Source: Spirochaetia bacterium
Lineage (GTDB): Bacteria; Spirochaetota; Spirochaetia; DSM-16054; Sediminispirochaetaceae
DNA length: 64,000 nt
Direction of reading: 5' to 3'
Assembly (NCBI GenBank): GCA_034520965.1
Contig: JAXHMY010000003.1
Span: 32,001-96,000 of the forward strand
This document shows, in pieces, positions 22,127 to 33,805 of this stretch (position 1 is its first letter; the number at the start of each line of letters is the position of its first letter). A model generated the notes under the pieces. It had not been told where the DNA came from. It searched no databases and was given only the letters and a program-made list of their open reading frames with translations. The position numbers and the translations under genes are program-made.

Positions 22127-25100
22127 CTAAAGTAATAACTCTCTTTGTCCCTTATAGTTAATTGAATTGGCTTTTTTCCAAAACTCAATTCCAGTTTTGC
22201 TTTTAGAAGCAAAGATAATATCATAATAATGCTTAATAGGTCTATAATCGAATTTTGAATAACCTAAATTTCTTAAACTATTTTCATAGTACTTCCTGAA
22301 TAGTAGCCTTAATTCCTTATGTAGCCCTTTTTCAGCCATATCCATTGCTTCTTGATTTTCAAAAAAATCATTACTTCCAAGAAATGTTCTATATTTTGTA
22401 GAGTAGACATACTATCGCCTTCCTTCATTAAGAGAGTTACGACAGCATGCCCCTCCCAGAACCGTACGTGCGCAACTAACGCATACGGCTCCTAGCACTA
22501 AACATTCGACCATTGCCAGATGTCTTTGCAAATTCTCGGTCTTGGTATTAATTTCCATATCCTTTCAAACGTCTCCCAATTAATCTTGCGCTTCTGACCT
22601 CTACGCCTTAGAGCCTTATACAGCGTGTATCTGATGTATTTATAGAACTTGTACAACCCTTTCAGATTGCCATTGACCCCGTAGTAATTGTAGTGCCCAA
22701 CCAGTTTCCGGCTGAGTGCTCTCACAATCTCCATGACAGGTCGATGCATATTCCATCTAATCCACTGTTTTGCGCTCTCGCGTTTAGCCTTCAGCTTCTT
22801 CTTGCTAGTGAGGTGCAGGACTGTGTACTTACCAGTCCTCGTACTGGCATTCACGTGGGTGAATCCAAGAAAATCAAATGTTTCCTTGGTTCCTTTGTAC
22901 CTTCCAAACGGAATGATCCTTGTCTTCTCTTCGGCCACCGTTAGCTTGAACTTTGCAAGCCTTTTAAGCATCACCTCGTAGAATCTTTTCGCATCACCCT
23001 CGTACTGGAACAATACCACATAGTCATCCGCATAACGGTACAAGTATGCCTCACCCCTCAAATACCTTTTTGCTGACCTTCTCAAACCACAAGTCGAGTA
23101 CGTAATGAAGATAGACGTTAGCCAGCACCGGCGACAGAAGCCCTCCTTGCGGAGTGCCCTTGTCGCTGTCGCTGACATTCCCATTCTCCATGATCCCCGC
23201 CTTGAGAAATCTTACTACATAACGGATGAAATTCTTGTCCTGTATATCGTTCTCAAGAAACTTCACCAGCCATTCGTGGTCGACATTGTCAAAGAACCCT
23301 TTGATGTCGGCATCAAGAATATAATTTACCTTCTTAGTCATGATCGTTTGGTTTATTTCCCGTATCACATCATGACAATTCCGATTCGGCCTGAACCCAT
23401 AGGAACAGTCCAGAAACCTCGGTTCGTATATCTCAGTCAGCGCCTTCGCCATTATTCCCTGTACGAGTTTGTCCTCATACGCCGGGATTCCCAGCGGCCG
23501 TACCGTGCCGTCCGTCTTGGGTATATACGTTCTTTTAACCGCCTGCGGTCTGTAACTGAAGGATTTCATCCGTCCAAGCAATGCATCCACATGCTCTTCC
23601 AATCCGGTTTCATAGCTCTCCTTCGTCGCTCCGTCTATGCCTGCGGCTTTTCCTCTGACCTGCGCTCGATGCTCTGCCTTCAGGTTCTCCCTGTTGACAT
23701 AGTGTATGAGCGTCTGCATCTTCGCGTGACTCTCCGACAACCTCCTCAATTCCCCATAACTGTTTTCCACTCTCTCAGAACCTCCAGTGTTCCTGGTGTT
23801 GGTCACAAGAAATACGTTTAATGCCCAGACCCCTTCGCTCCACCGACTTTCACCGGTTTCATCGCTACTATGAGTCGTAAGCGCTTCACAAACACAGGGT
23901 TAAAAAACTAACCTGGGAAGTTCTGTGGCAGAAGTTTTCTCCAGTCGCCATCTGTTTCTGCGGAAATACATCCTGAAAGCACATATCTAAGGTATCCATA
24001 GGGATCCAATCCGTTTAGTTTGGCCGTTTCAATGAGAGAATAGAAGTTTGCACTTGCATAGGCTCCTCGTGGACTGTCACAAAACTGCCAGTTTTTTCGT
24101 CCGATTACGAAAGGCCGAATTGCACGTTCACTCACATTGTTGTCCGGAGTCAGAGCTTCATGATCGAGAAAATGGCTTAGTTTATCCCACTGGCCTCTGG
24201 CATATGCAACAGCTTTTCCTAACTGAGATGAGGGGGCAACATTGCTTTTCCTGCTGAGCCAGATAGAAAAATCTTCAAGTAAAGGTTCAATCGCCGCCCG
24301 CCGGGCTGCAAGAAATTCGGTTGCAGGGAGGTCTTCTCCCGCAGTTCTTTTTCTTTTTGGTAGATCTTTGCAATCTTGCTCACTGCCTCATGGGCCGCTC
24401 CGGTTTTCTTTTTCACCTTTGCCGCGTCAACAAACTTACGACGGATATGGGCCAGACAGGCTACATGCGTAATATCGCCGAAGCCTCCGATGTGACTGTA
24501 TCCTTCATACCCATCGGTTTGAAGATAACCGCGGAAAGAATGCAGATACACTTCGGGCACGTGTTTGCCTCGCGATGGGGCATAGAGATAGCGTACGATT
24601 GGCTTCTTTGGCATTCCCCCAACTGCTACCCACATGTAGGAGTTACTGCTGTTCTCTTTGTTTTGCTCCCGGTGGACCTGCACCCGGGTTTCATCCATAT
24701 TGATTACAGGCCCGGCGCGAATCTCATCATCGAACAGCTCGATCAGCGGCTCAAGTTTTTTGCTGGCTTTCATGATCCACCTTCCCATCGTCTCTCTGGG
24801 AATATGGATGTTCAGCCGCTCAAACATTTTCTCCTGCCGGTACAAAGGTAGGCTGTCGCAGTACTTCGCCGTTGCAATGTAGGCTACCAGGGATTCTGTG
24901 GCTATCCCCTTTTCAATCAGCTGCGGGGCAGCGGCTGCAGTGAGTATGGTGTGCGCATCTGCACTCTCATCTCCGCCTGTACTACATGCATAGGTGTGGC
25001 GAACCGTACGTTTGACCACAAACTGCGGTGGGCGAATCTCCAGCTTTTCGCTGATCTCTTCTCCAATACGCTGAAGAGTAAGCGCTTCACAAACACAGGG

Positions 25101-28100
25101 TTAAAAAACTAACCTGGGAAGTTCTGTGGCAGAAGTTTTCTCCAGTCGCCATCTGTTTCTGCGGAAATACATCCTGAAAGCACATATCTAAGGTATCCAT
25201 AGGGATCCAATCCGTTTAGTTTGGCCGTTTCAATGAGAGAATAGAAGTTTGCACTTGCATAGGCTCCTCGTGGACTGTCACAAAACTGCCAGTTTTTTCG
25301 TCCGATTACGAAAGGCCGAATTGCACGTTCACTCACATTGTTGTCCGGAGTCAGAGCTTCATGATCGAGAAAATGGCTGAGTTTATCCCACTGGCCTCTG
25401 GCATATGCAACAGCTTTTCCTAACTGAGATGAGGGGGCAACATTGCTTTTCCTGCTGAGCCAGATAGAAAAATCTTCAAGTAAAGGTTCAATCGCCGCCC
25501 GCCGGGCTGCAAGAAATTCGGTTGCAGGGAGGTTCTTCTCCCGCAGTTCTTTTTCTTTTTGGTAGATCTTTGCAATCTTGCTCACTGCCTCATGGGCCGC
25601 TCCGGTTTTCTTTTTCACCTTTGCCGCGTCAACAAACTTACGACGGATATGGGCCGAGACAGGCTACATGCGTAATATCGCCGAAGCCTCCGATGTGACT
25701 GTATCCTTCATACCCATCGGTTTGAAGATAACCGCGGAAAGAATGCAGATACACTTCGGGCACGTGTTTACCTCGTGATGGGGCATAGAGATAGCGCACG
25801 ATTCGATTCTTCCGATCCCCTCCAACTGCGACCCACATGTAGGAGTTGCTGCTGTTTTCTCTGTTTTGCTCCCGGTGGACCTGCACCCGGGTTTCATCCA
25901 TATTGATTACAGGCCCGGCGCGAATCTCATCATCGAACAGCTCGATCAGCGGCTCAAGTTTTTTGCTGGCTTTCATGATCCACCTTCCCATCGTCTCTCT
26001 GGGAATATGGATGTTCAGCCGCTCAAACATTTTCTCCTGCCGGTACAAAGGTAGGCTGTCGCAGTACTTCGCCGTTGCAATGTAGGCTACCAGGGATTCT
26101 GTGGCTATCCCCTTTTCAATCAGCTGCGGGGCAGCGGCTGCAGTGAGTATGGTGTGCGCATCTGCACTCTCATCTCCGCCTGTACTACATGCATAGGTGT
26201 GGCGAACCGTACGTTTGACCACAAACTGCGGTGGGCGAATCTCCAGCTTTTCGCTGATCTCTTCTCCAATACGCTGAAGAGGCGCTCCACAGTTACAGAC
26301 CCTTTGCTCTTCGGGCAGATCAATTTCGGTAGTCTCACGGGGTAGATGCTCAGGCAAAGGCTCTCTGCCCCCATGGCCCTTTTTCTTTACCCTCGTGTGA
26401 GCGGCCACCGGTCTCTCTTCGCTCTCCTCTTGCGGGGCCTCTGAGAGACATTCGGCTTCATTGAAAAGCAGTGCTTGTTTTTGCTCGACGGTATTTAGTT
26501 TTTCTGTTGATTTAGCAAAAAATCTGTTCAGGACAATCTGATACTTCTCTTCCAGCTGCTCGTAGGCCAGTTTTTGCTTGAGGTTTTCATTTTGCAGATC
26601 ATGTATCATCTGCTGCAGTTCATCTATGTCTTCCGGTAGTTGCTCCGGTCTCGCTTCTATACTCACAAGCCGAATTGTATCAGATCACTTATTTTTGTTC
26701 TAGACCCTAAGTCACTTTTGTGTACTCAAGTTCACGGTGGGCTTTCCAAATATTCAGCCCGTCGAGCAGCAGCCGCCACTGTCGAGCACTAATCTGATGT
26801 ACTTCATCTGCCTCCGTAGGCCAGGGGAAAGTATCTTGTTCAAGGCGTTTTTGCCATAGACAAAAGCCGTTGCGATCCCAGTAGATTGCCTTCATAAGGG
26901 TGCGTTTACGATTGCAGAAGATGAACAGTGCTTTTTGAAAAGGATCAAGCTCCATTTCTTCCTGCACCACTGCCGCCAGTCCGGCTGATTGCTTTCGCAT
27001 ATCGGTCGGTCCAGCTTTTACAAACAGCTGGACCTTTGACAGATCGAGAAACATTAGAGGTGCTCCAATGCAGAGACTACAGCCCGTAGGGTATCTGGAC
27101 TAAAATCCGGGTACACTTCGATGCGATAGTCATTAGGTAGTTCGATTTTAATGCTGGCCGCTTCTTTACTGCTGCTTGTGTGAGCACACTGTGCTGCTGT
27201 TAAGCTGACAGAGACAAAGCCCTGATCGGCGGTTCTCTTTTTATTTTGCAGCTGATTAAACCAACTGTAGAAGATATTCCGTTTTATTCCGATTTGCTGT
27301 GCATACTCGGTCTTGGTCAGGCCACTTTCTTTCCATAGTTCGATGTGCAGCTTCTTCTCTCTTTGGTAATTTTCATAGGCAGTCACTCCTTTTTCTGTTC
27401 TTATTTGGAGTTTCTGCTATTTTTCCTTTCCTGAACCAGACGGGGTTTGTGAAGCGCTTACTATGAGTCTGTCCGATTGCTGATGCCCCATATAGGTTTC
27501 TTGACTCTTCGCCTTTATGTCCCCTCTTAGTCCAACGGACAGGACATCAGCCCTCCCAGGTACGCTTGATCTACCTTGTGTGCTCGCCATGCTCTCAGAC
27601 CCCGTTGGGTTCTCGGCACTCTCGCCTTTTCCGAGTGCTTCTTGCTGGTTGCTGTCATATGAAAAACATCACCACCCAATCTTTATACTAACGAGGCTCA
27701 ATCACGTTCAACCTTTCGGCTTATGGCTCGCACACTCCTTTACCTACGCTTAAACCTCACCTCACGGCTTCGGCTCCAAGGCTAAGTACCGGCTGTTGGC
27801 TAGACTTTACCGGACAGGGTGTCTCACCCTGCTATATATCAAACGCCGAACTGGCGCACTCATATGATCTACTATACTTCTTTGGACTGTTAAAAACCCC
27901 TAGTATATTTCTATTGAAGTCAGTTCCTGAAGCAACATTAATAATAAAATCAACATTGTTTATTGTCTTAGATATTTCTTCTATTAAATTAAAGGGTACA
28001 CTACAATCTGTCGGATCAATAAATACAATGTTAAGATGGTCAGTAGGTATTTTTCTTTTAAGACATTACAAATTGTTTCTGGATGATAATAATCACCTTG

Positions 28101-28532
28101 TATAGCTTGTGCTTTTTCCAATTTATTATCTATAAATCTGTCATTTAGATTAGTGACTATTTCGTTATCAATATCAAAGAAAAGAGCATTTGATATATAT
28201 TTTAAATTTTTATGCTTACCAATAGCTAAAGGAGTACCATCTAGTTCAATTCCTGTATCTCTATTTACACATCTGCCAGGACCGCTGCAAATTTCAATAT
28301 AATTAAGTCCGTTCCACCGAATATGCATACCTTGAGAAAATATACCAAAATATTTCACTAAGTAGAATATTTTCTCTTCCGCCCAATCACCAACACATCT
28401 CACAGGCCTATTATCAATTGTAGATAAGGTCTCAACACACATATCATCTATGGTATAAGCTTTTCGGTCATTTTTATTACATTTCTTATAACAATTTTTG
28501 TTTTCAACTTTGTTTAGATCGAAACTTTCCAT
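22127..28532 (-). CDS. Three-Cys-motif partner protein (TcmP-like methyltransferase fold), split by a group II intron (exons 27860-28532 and 22127-22397)
   Basis: VGDWAEEKIFYL, YIEICSGPG, FIDP motifs; the exons join in frame as ...YSRSYE/KYRTFLGS...; one further homopolymer frameshift at ~28050. Confidence 0.75.
22498..23806 (-). CDS. ltrA: Group II intron reverse transcriptase/maturase (single frameshift at ~23065)
   Basis: RPLGIP, SYGFRP, DADIKGFFD, GTPQGG, RYADD, FDFLGFT, GHYNYY. Confidence 0.9.
23908..25077 (-). pseudogene. tnpC: IS66 transposase, 5'-truncated second copy
   Basis: Near-identical to 25109-26280. Confidence 0.85.
25109..26666 (-). CDS. tnpC: IS66 transposase (frameshift at ~25655)
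   Basis: LPLYRQE, MDETRVQV, LQTDGY, DNNVSERAIRPFVIGRKNW. Confidence 0.9.
26707..27054 (-). CDS. tnpB: IS66 accessory protein
   Basis: PTDMRK, LFIFCNR, YWDRNGFCLWQKRLE. Confidence 0.92.
   Translation of the reverse strand: MFLDLSKVQLFVKAGPTDMRKQSAGLAAVVQEEMELDPFQKALFIFCNRKRTLMKAIYWDRNGFCLWQKRLEQDTFPWPTEADEVHQISARQWRLLLDGLNIWKAHRELEYTKVT
27054..27386 (-). CDS. tnpA: IS66 accessory HTH protein
   Basis: WKESGLTKTEYAQQIGI...FYSW; first gene of the IS66 operon. Confidence 0.8.
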   Translation of the reverse strand: MTAYENYQREKKLHIELWKESGLTKTEYAQQIGIKRNIFYSWFNQLQNKKRTADQGFVSVSLTAAQCAHTSSSKEAASIKIELPNDYRIEVYPDFSPDTLRAVVSALEHL

Positions 28533-28548
28533 TTATTCTCCTAAAAGT

Positions 28549-28683
28549 ACATAACGTTCACTTGAGTTGCCTGGCGCTGTTACGCAATAGCCCACTCTCT
28601 TTAACCATTGTAACCCGAGTTTCGCAATACAACAACTTCTTTGCCAAATAGTCCGCCAGGTCAACTCCAAGTGGTTGTTATGT
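28549..28683 (-). repeat. attC site
   Basis: Full repeat; same variant as 37284 and 45098. Confidence 0.9.
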
Positions 28684-28686
28684 TCA

Positions 28687-29384
28687 TTACATTTTACTTT
28701 TTATCCATATCCCTGTATATTCTGGTACAACTGCACTTTTACTCTCTAATACTTTATCTTTCATTTCTTCTCCAAAGAAAAAACTTATTATTTGGGCAGC
28801 TTCTCTATAGTCATTGAATTTATAATCAGTTTTAACAATAGTTTTTACAAACGCATATTCTTCTTCAAGCAAGCTATAGAATTCTATTAAATCAGTATTA
28901 TTTATTTCCGGATCTTTCACATTTGTACCAAGAGTTTCAATTAATATTTTCACACTATTATCAGTGGTTATCTGATTTATGTTATTTAACAGCTTTACAG
29001 TAGTACTCTGAATATCATTATTGTTTTCAACTATAGTGTGTCCAAAACTCCATCCTTCAATAAATATATGTGCTTTATTTTTTACCAAAGGCAAATTCTC
29101 ATTTTCACCAACATTCAAAACTATTTTATCTGAATATTTTTTTAAGTTTTTTTTACATCTATTTAGCATATGAGCTTCCCGATCAAACCCATAGAGCTTC
29201 TCTATTTTGTCAATATATATTTTGGAGAGACGTCCCGTACCGATACCTGCCTCATATACGATCTTTTTATCCATTCTATTCTATTTAATAGCTCTTCAGT
29301 CAAGTTGTTTTGATAATCTTCAGCGGTTACCAACTTGTCGTATTCGGTAGCATACTTTTTATATATTTCACTCATTTTCGGCAA
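28687..29384 (-). CDS. Class I SAM methyltransferase cassette (frameshift at ~29275)
   Basis: Near-identical to the intact 37422-38120. Confidence 0.85.
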
Positions 29385-29519
29385 AACAATTTTCCCTTCC
29401 TCATTTTGTTAATCTAAAACTCACAATAACTTTTGAGATTAAAATAGTATTATAAATAATGTTTCATCTTACATGCCCACTAAGTTTAACCAACTTCAGC
29501 ATCGATAGTAATTTCATGA

Positions 29520-29655
29520 ACATAACGTTCACTTGAGTTGCCTGGCGCTGTTACTGCAATAGTCCACTCTCTTTAACCATTGTAACTCCAGTTCTCCGAA
29601 TCAAAAATCTCTTTCTCAATTTCATCGCCAGGACAACTCCAAGTGGTTGTTATGT
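29520..29655 (-). repeat. attC site
   Basis: Full conserved repeat. Confidence 0.9.
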
Positions 29656-29659
29656 TTAA

Positions 29660-30471
29660 TCAGTTATCTAATTTTAATAATTTATTAGCATACTCAGATC
29701 CATGGTTTTCACACCAATATGTTTTCATGTAATACGCATTATTAAAATCGAAGTTTTTATTATCTTTCAATGATAATGATTGCCATATATCTTTTTCTCA
29801 CCAGTATAGGTACCGTTTTCACACCCACAAGACTTAAGTGCATAATCAGATTTTAATTCTTTATAATATCTATCTGAAACCATTAACTGTCCCTTTTCTG
29901 TCAAACTCGCTAATTTTGCAGCCATATTCACTGGCTTACCTGCCCATACTTCATTTCTTCTATCTGATCTATTATTCTTTTGCCTTAAACCTATTTTTTT
30001 TACTAATACAGTCTTTTTATCTATTCCTATATGTACACCTAAATCCAATTTACTTCTTTGCTTATATAAAGGAATAAAAGATTTTTCTACAAATGTTTTT
30101 ACAGTAACAGCGGATACAAGCGATCTATAAATTTCATTTTTATTAAATAATGCAAAAACGCCATCACCCTGCACTTCGACATATGAAGCATCATAAAAAT
30201 GAAAAATTTTTATTATTGTACCTGTAAATAATTCATATGCACTGGCAGTGCTCGAATCATATTTTTGTTCTGCAGAAAGTCTTGTTGAACCAATCATATC
30301 CGTATATACACATATTACATCATTTATCTTGAGCCATTTATTTCCTTCTTTTGGAATATTATTTGTGTCTGGAATGCTGTCAATTATATCAATATTATTT
30401 TTCTGATTAAACAGTTCTATTTGTTCGTTTATTTTATCTAAAATACCTTTCGGTAGTTGTTTTTCATCCAT
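29660..30471 (-). CDS. pycC: Pycsar-type nucleotide cyclase, copy 1 (frameshift at ~29795)
   Basis: Class III cyclase motifs VYTDMIGST, QGDGVFALF, HIGID, VWAGKPVNMAAKL; next to a 2TM effector. Confidence 0.8.
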
Positions 30472-30481
30472 ACTAATATCC

Positions 30482-30987
30482 CTATAACAAAATTGTTAAA
30501 AAAGTTAATATCAAACCAATTGTAAATATGCTAATTGCAATATTAAATGCTCTAAATTTTTCTAAAACAATATTTGATAGTGTATAAATCTGCTTTGCTA
30601 TATCTTTTTCTTCTTTATTTAATTCTTCATTATTAAAATACTCCCTCTGTATTATTTCAATAAATTCATCCTTAGTTTGTATGCAAGCTATATCTGAAAA
30701 AAGAAATAAATTTGGATTTGATACAATTTTTCTGCGTCTTGCATAGATCTGTTTTGTTTTAGGTATCATACTTAACAGACTAATCAATAGTGATAATATT
30801 AATAATATAATACTTTATAAAAAAATATTAAGCTATCATTGTTGTATAATAATCTCTGGCTTTTCAGAAACCCAATTAATGCAATTACAAAACCTATTAG
30901 TATTGTGTTTTTACTTTCTGCATATTTAATTAAATTTTGCAAATTCTCAAAATTTGTTATTAATTTACTTATCTTGTCCATTATCAT
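30482..30987 (-). CDS. pycTM: Pycsar transmembrane effector (DUF5706-like), copy 1 (frameshift at ~30820)
   Basis: IKYAESKNTILI, NLFLFSDIA, QIYTLSNIVLEKF pattern with TM helices. Confidence 0.8.
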
Positions 30988-31000
30988 GCTCCAGGATTAA

Positions 31001-31135
31001 ACATAACGTTCACTTGAGTTGCCTGGCGCTGTAACGCTATAGCTCACTCTCTTTAACCATTGTAACTCCAGTTTTTCAAATCAACAATCTCTTTCTCAAT
31101 TTCATCGCCAGGACAACTCCAAGTGGTTGTTATGT
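31001..31135 (-). repeat. attC site
   Basis: Full conserved repeat. Confidence 0.9.
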
Positions 31136-31337
31136 AGCGCAGGTTCAAATTGCAGAATCCGGACCAATCCGGACACCAATTCCGTTTCAAAACGGACAGT
31201 CATTCCGGCGCAAAGCGGACACCGATTCCGGGAATAAACGGACAGTTTTTTTGCTGACGCCGGAATAATTTACGGTAAGAACAATCCTCGAAAAGTCGCT
31301 ACACTTCTGCTCAAACATACAATAAAGCAGGAGTACT

Positions 31338-32888
31338 ATGGCACGAGCGAGGATTACTATGAGACAGCTACGAAAGATCTTGGAATACTCCCTCGAGAGC
31401 AGGCTGAGCCTGCGTGAGGTTGCTACGCTCACCGGAGCATCCAAGACTACCATCAGTGAGTATCTGGCCCGCTTCAGGAATAGCGGGATTACTTATCAAG
31501 ATAGTTTGACGATGTGCGATCAGCAGCTGATCGAACTGTTCGAAGAGAAAAAGGAGGCAGAGAGCGAAGCTTACAAAGCTTTGGTTGCCCTTTTTCCCGC
31601 CTATGAGGTGAAACTGAAAAAGAAAGGCATGACTCGGCAATTGCTTTGGCAGGAGTACCGCAGAGCTCATCCTGAGGGGTATCTCTATAGCCAGTTTTGC
31701 CATCACTTGAGAACATGGAGGGACAGCCTCGATGTAACAATGCACCAACACCACGAGCCTGGCGACAAAGCTTTTCTCGACTACACCGGTACGAGGTTTC
31801 CCTACTGGGATCGAGAGGGCGGAGAGCAGAAGAAGGCTGAGGTGTTTGTTGCCATTCTCGGAGCAAGTGGGCTGACCTATGTGGAGGCCAGTAGGAGTCA
31901 GGAAAAGGAGGAGTTTGTTCGATCCACCGAGCGAGCACTTCTCTACTACGGCGGTGTCCCCCGTGCCTTGGTGCCGGACAATCTCAAAAGCGCCGTAAAG
32001 ACGGCACACAAGTATGAACCGGAGCTCAATCCGCTGTTCGACGATTTCGCCGAGTACTACCGAACCGCGATCATTCCGGCCCGAGCCTACCGGCCTAAGG
32101 ATAAGGCTCTTGTCGAGAATGCCGTGAAGCTGGCCTACCAGCGGATCTTCGCTCCGTTGTACGAAAGACAGTTTTACTCCCTCGATGAGCTCAACCAAGC
32201 CATCAGGGAGCAGCTTGAGAAGCACAATAACCGAAAGCTGACGAAACTGCAAATCTCCCGCAGGCAATTATTTGAAGAAATCGAGCAAAAAGAACTCAAA
32301 ACCCTTCCATCAAGTCCCTATCCGCTCAAATACTTCGAGCATCGAACAGTCGCCCCCGACTATCATGTGCTCCTGTCAGAAGATAAGCACTACTACAGCG
32401 CTCCGTGGCGCTTCAAAGGCGCGAAGGTACGGCTGATCTTCGATGAGCGAAATGTGGCCATTTATGCCGACGGTCAGCGGGTTGCACAGCACCGCAGAGA
32501 TACTCGAAGAGGAGGCTACACCACTGTAGAGGCACATATGCCGACCCACCATCAGTTCTATGCCTCCTGGTCTGCCGAAAAGTTTACCCAGTGGGCTCAG
32601 AGCATCGGAGAGGAGACCAATCTGGTCATCTCCCACCTCCTGCAGTCCAAGCGGCACAAAGAGCAGGCTTACAAATCTTGTGTCGGCATCCTCTCGATGG
32701 CGACCAAGTACTCGGCCGAGGAGCTGAACATTGCCTGCCGCAAAGCCTGGAACTACAACCGTATCAGCTATCGGGATGTAAAGGGCTACCTCGAAGACCT
32801 GCGACTCCAGCGAAAACTCAACCGCGAAGACAAACAGATGAAAATGTTTGCCCATGAGAACCTCAGAGACAGTGCAATTTACCAATAG
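31338..32888 (+). CDS. istA: IS21 transposase
   Basis: YSQFC, PGDKAFLDY, LVPDNLKSAV, KDKALVEN. Confidence 0.92.
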   Translation: MARARITMRQLRKILEYSLESRLSLREVATLTGASKTTISEYLARFRNSGITYQDSLTMCDQQLIELFEEKKEAESEAYKALVALFPAYEVKLKKKGMTRQLLWQEYRRAHPEGYLYSQFCHHLRTWRDSLDVTMHQHHEPGDKAFLDYTGTRFPYWDREGGEQKKAEVFVAILGASGLTYVEASRSQEKEEFVRSTERALLYYGGVPRALVPDNLKSAVKTAHKYEPELNPLFDDFAEYYRTAIIPARAYRPKDKALVENAVKLAYQRIFAPLYERQFYSLDELNQAIREQLEKHNNRKLTKLQISRRQLFEEIEQKELKTLPSSPYPLKYFEHRTVAPDYHVLLSEDKHYYSAPWRFKGAKVRLIFDERNVAIYADGQRVAQHRRDTRRGGYTTVEAHMPTHHQFYASWSAEKFTQWAQSIGEETNLVISHLLQSKRHKEQAYKSCVGILSMATKYSAEELNIACRKAWNYNRISYRDVKGYLEDLRLQRKLNREDKQMKMFAHENLRDSAIYQ

Positions 32889-32900
32889 GAGATAAAGAAT

Positions 32901-33641
32901 ATGAACAACACACAGGCGACAATCAACAAGATGAGCAGCATGAGGCTTCACGGTATGGCAGGTGCCTATCGTAGCCTGCTGGAGTCCGGTCGGAATATGA
33001 ATCTCACCGTAGATGAGGCGATTTCCTACCTCATTGATGCCGAGTGGGACGAGAAACAGGACCGTCGGCTTACCCGGCTACTTCAAGCCGCTCGGTTCCG
33101 CTACCAGGCTTCGATTGAGGATATCGATTTCTCTCTCGAGAGAAATATAGATAAGACTACCCTGCTGCGATTAGCCGACTGCTCCTGGATCTCCCGGGGG
33201 CAGGATATCATCATAACAGGAGCGACCGGAGTGGGAAAAAGCTTCGTTGGTACGGCTCTCGGCTTCCAAGCCTGCCATCATGGACACCCGGTAAAGTATT
33301 ACTCTGCGGCCCGCCTCTTCCGTGAAATGGAGGAGGCAAAAAACGATGGAACGTATCTTAAACAGATAAACCGCATCATGAAGTGTGCGGTCCTCATCCT
33401 TGATGACTTCGGCCTTGAGATGCTCAGCGATACCGCACGGCTTGCTCTGCTTGAGATTCTCGAGGACCGCCATCGCAGAAAATCTACTATCGTCATATCA
33501 CAGCTGCCGGTTTCCGCCTGGCACCAGATCATCGGTGAGGCGACTATAGCCGACGCGATTATGGACCGCATGGCTTTCAATTCTCACAGAATTGAGCTAA
33601 AAGGCGACTCGGTGAGGAGGAAAATGTATGGAATAGATTGA
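32901..33641 (+). CDS. istB: IS21 helper ATPase
   Basis: GATGVGKS, LILDDFG, ADAIMDR, LKGDSVR. Confidence 0.92.
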   Translation: MNNTQATINKMSSMRLHGMAGAYRSLLESGRNMNLTVDEAISYLIDAEWDEKQDRRLTRLLQAARFRYQASIEDIDFSLERNIDKTTLLRLADCSWISRGQDIIITGATGVGKSFVGTALGFQACHHGHPVKYYSAARLFREMEEAKNDGTYLKQINRIMKCAVLILDDFGLEMLSDTARLALLEILEDRHRRKSTIVISQLPVSAWHQIIGEATIADAIMDRMAFNSHRIELKGDSVRRKMYGID

Positions 33642-33805
33642 CTCAAAACGGACACCTGTGGATACTTGGTTCGAGGGTTTTTTTTACCTAAATTACTGTC
33701 CGTTTATTTCCGGAATAGCTGTCCGGTTTCACCGGAATACACAAAATGAAATTATATTTTATATATGCTTTTTGCATCCGATCAATTAGATTATTTATTA
33801 GGTTA

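Larger units (their letters stand above)
23877..27461 (-). mobile_element. IS66-family composite: full element 25078-27461 plus partial copy 23877-25077; 8-bp TSD TATGAGTC
   Basis: TIR GTAAGCGCTTCACAAAC at 23877, at 25078 and (inverted) ending at 27461; the TSD flanks the whole unit. Confidence 0.92.
22398..27859 (-). mobile_element. Group II intron (non-IIC, no endonuclease domain)
   Basis: 5' GTGCGCCAG at 27859; domain V GAGCCGTATGCGTTAGTTGCGCACGTACGGTTCT; 3' end CTACTCTAC at 22398; RT/maturase ORF; removal restores the host reading frame. Confidence 0.93.
31151..33741 (+). mobile_element. IS21-family element (B), inserted 15 bp from an attC; TSD ~CAAAT
   Basis: TG...CA ends with multiple TTCCGG/CGGACA internal repeats; empty site visible at ~14345. 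Confidence 0.9.

Noticed and set aside
22498..23806. RT as a retron, DGR or defence-associated RT
   Set aside because: Group II intron 5' end, domains V/VI and maturase region are present; I saw no TR/VR pair or msr-msd
24567..25861. IS66 divergent patch as DGR-type mutagenesis by the neighbouring RT
   Set aside because: Changes are not adenine-restricted and many are synonymous
22398..27859. attC-targeting group IIC intron
   Set aside because: Inserted mid-gene, far from any attC; full-length domain V with an AGC triad
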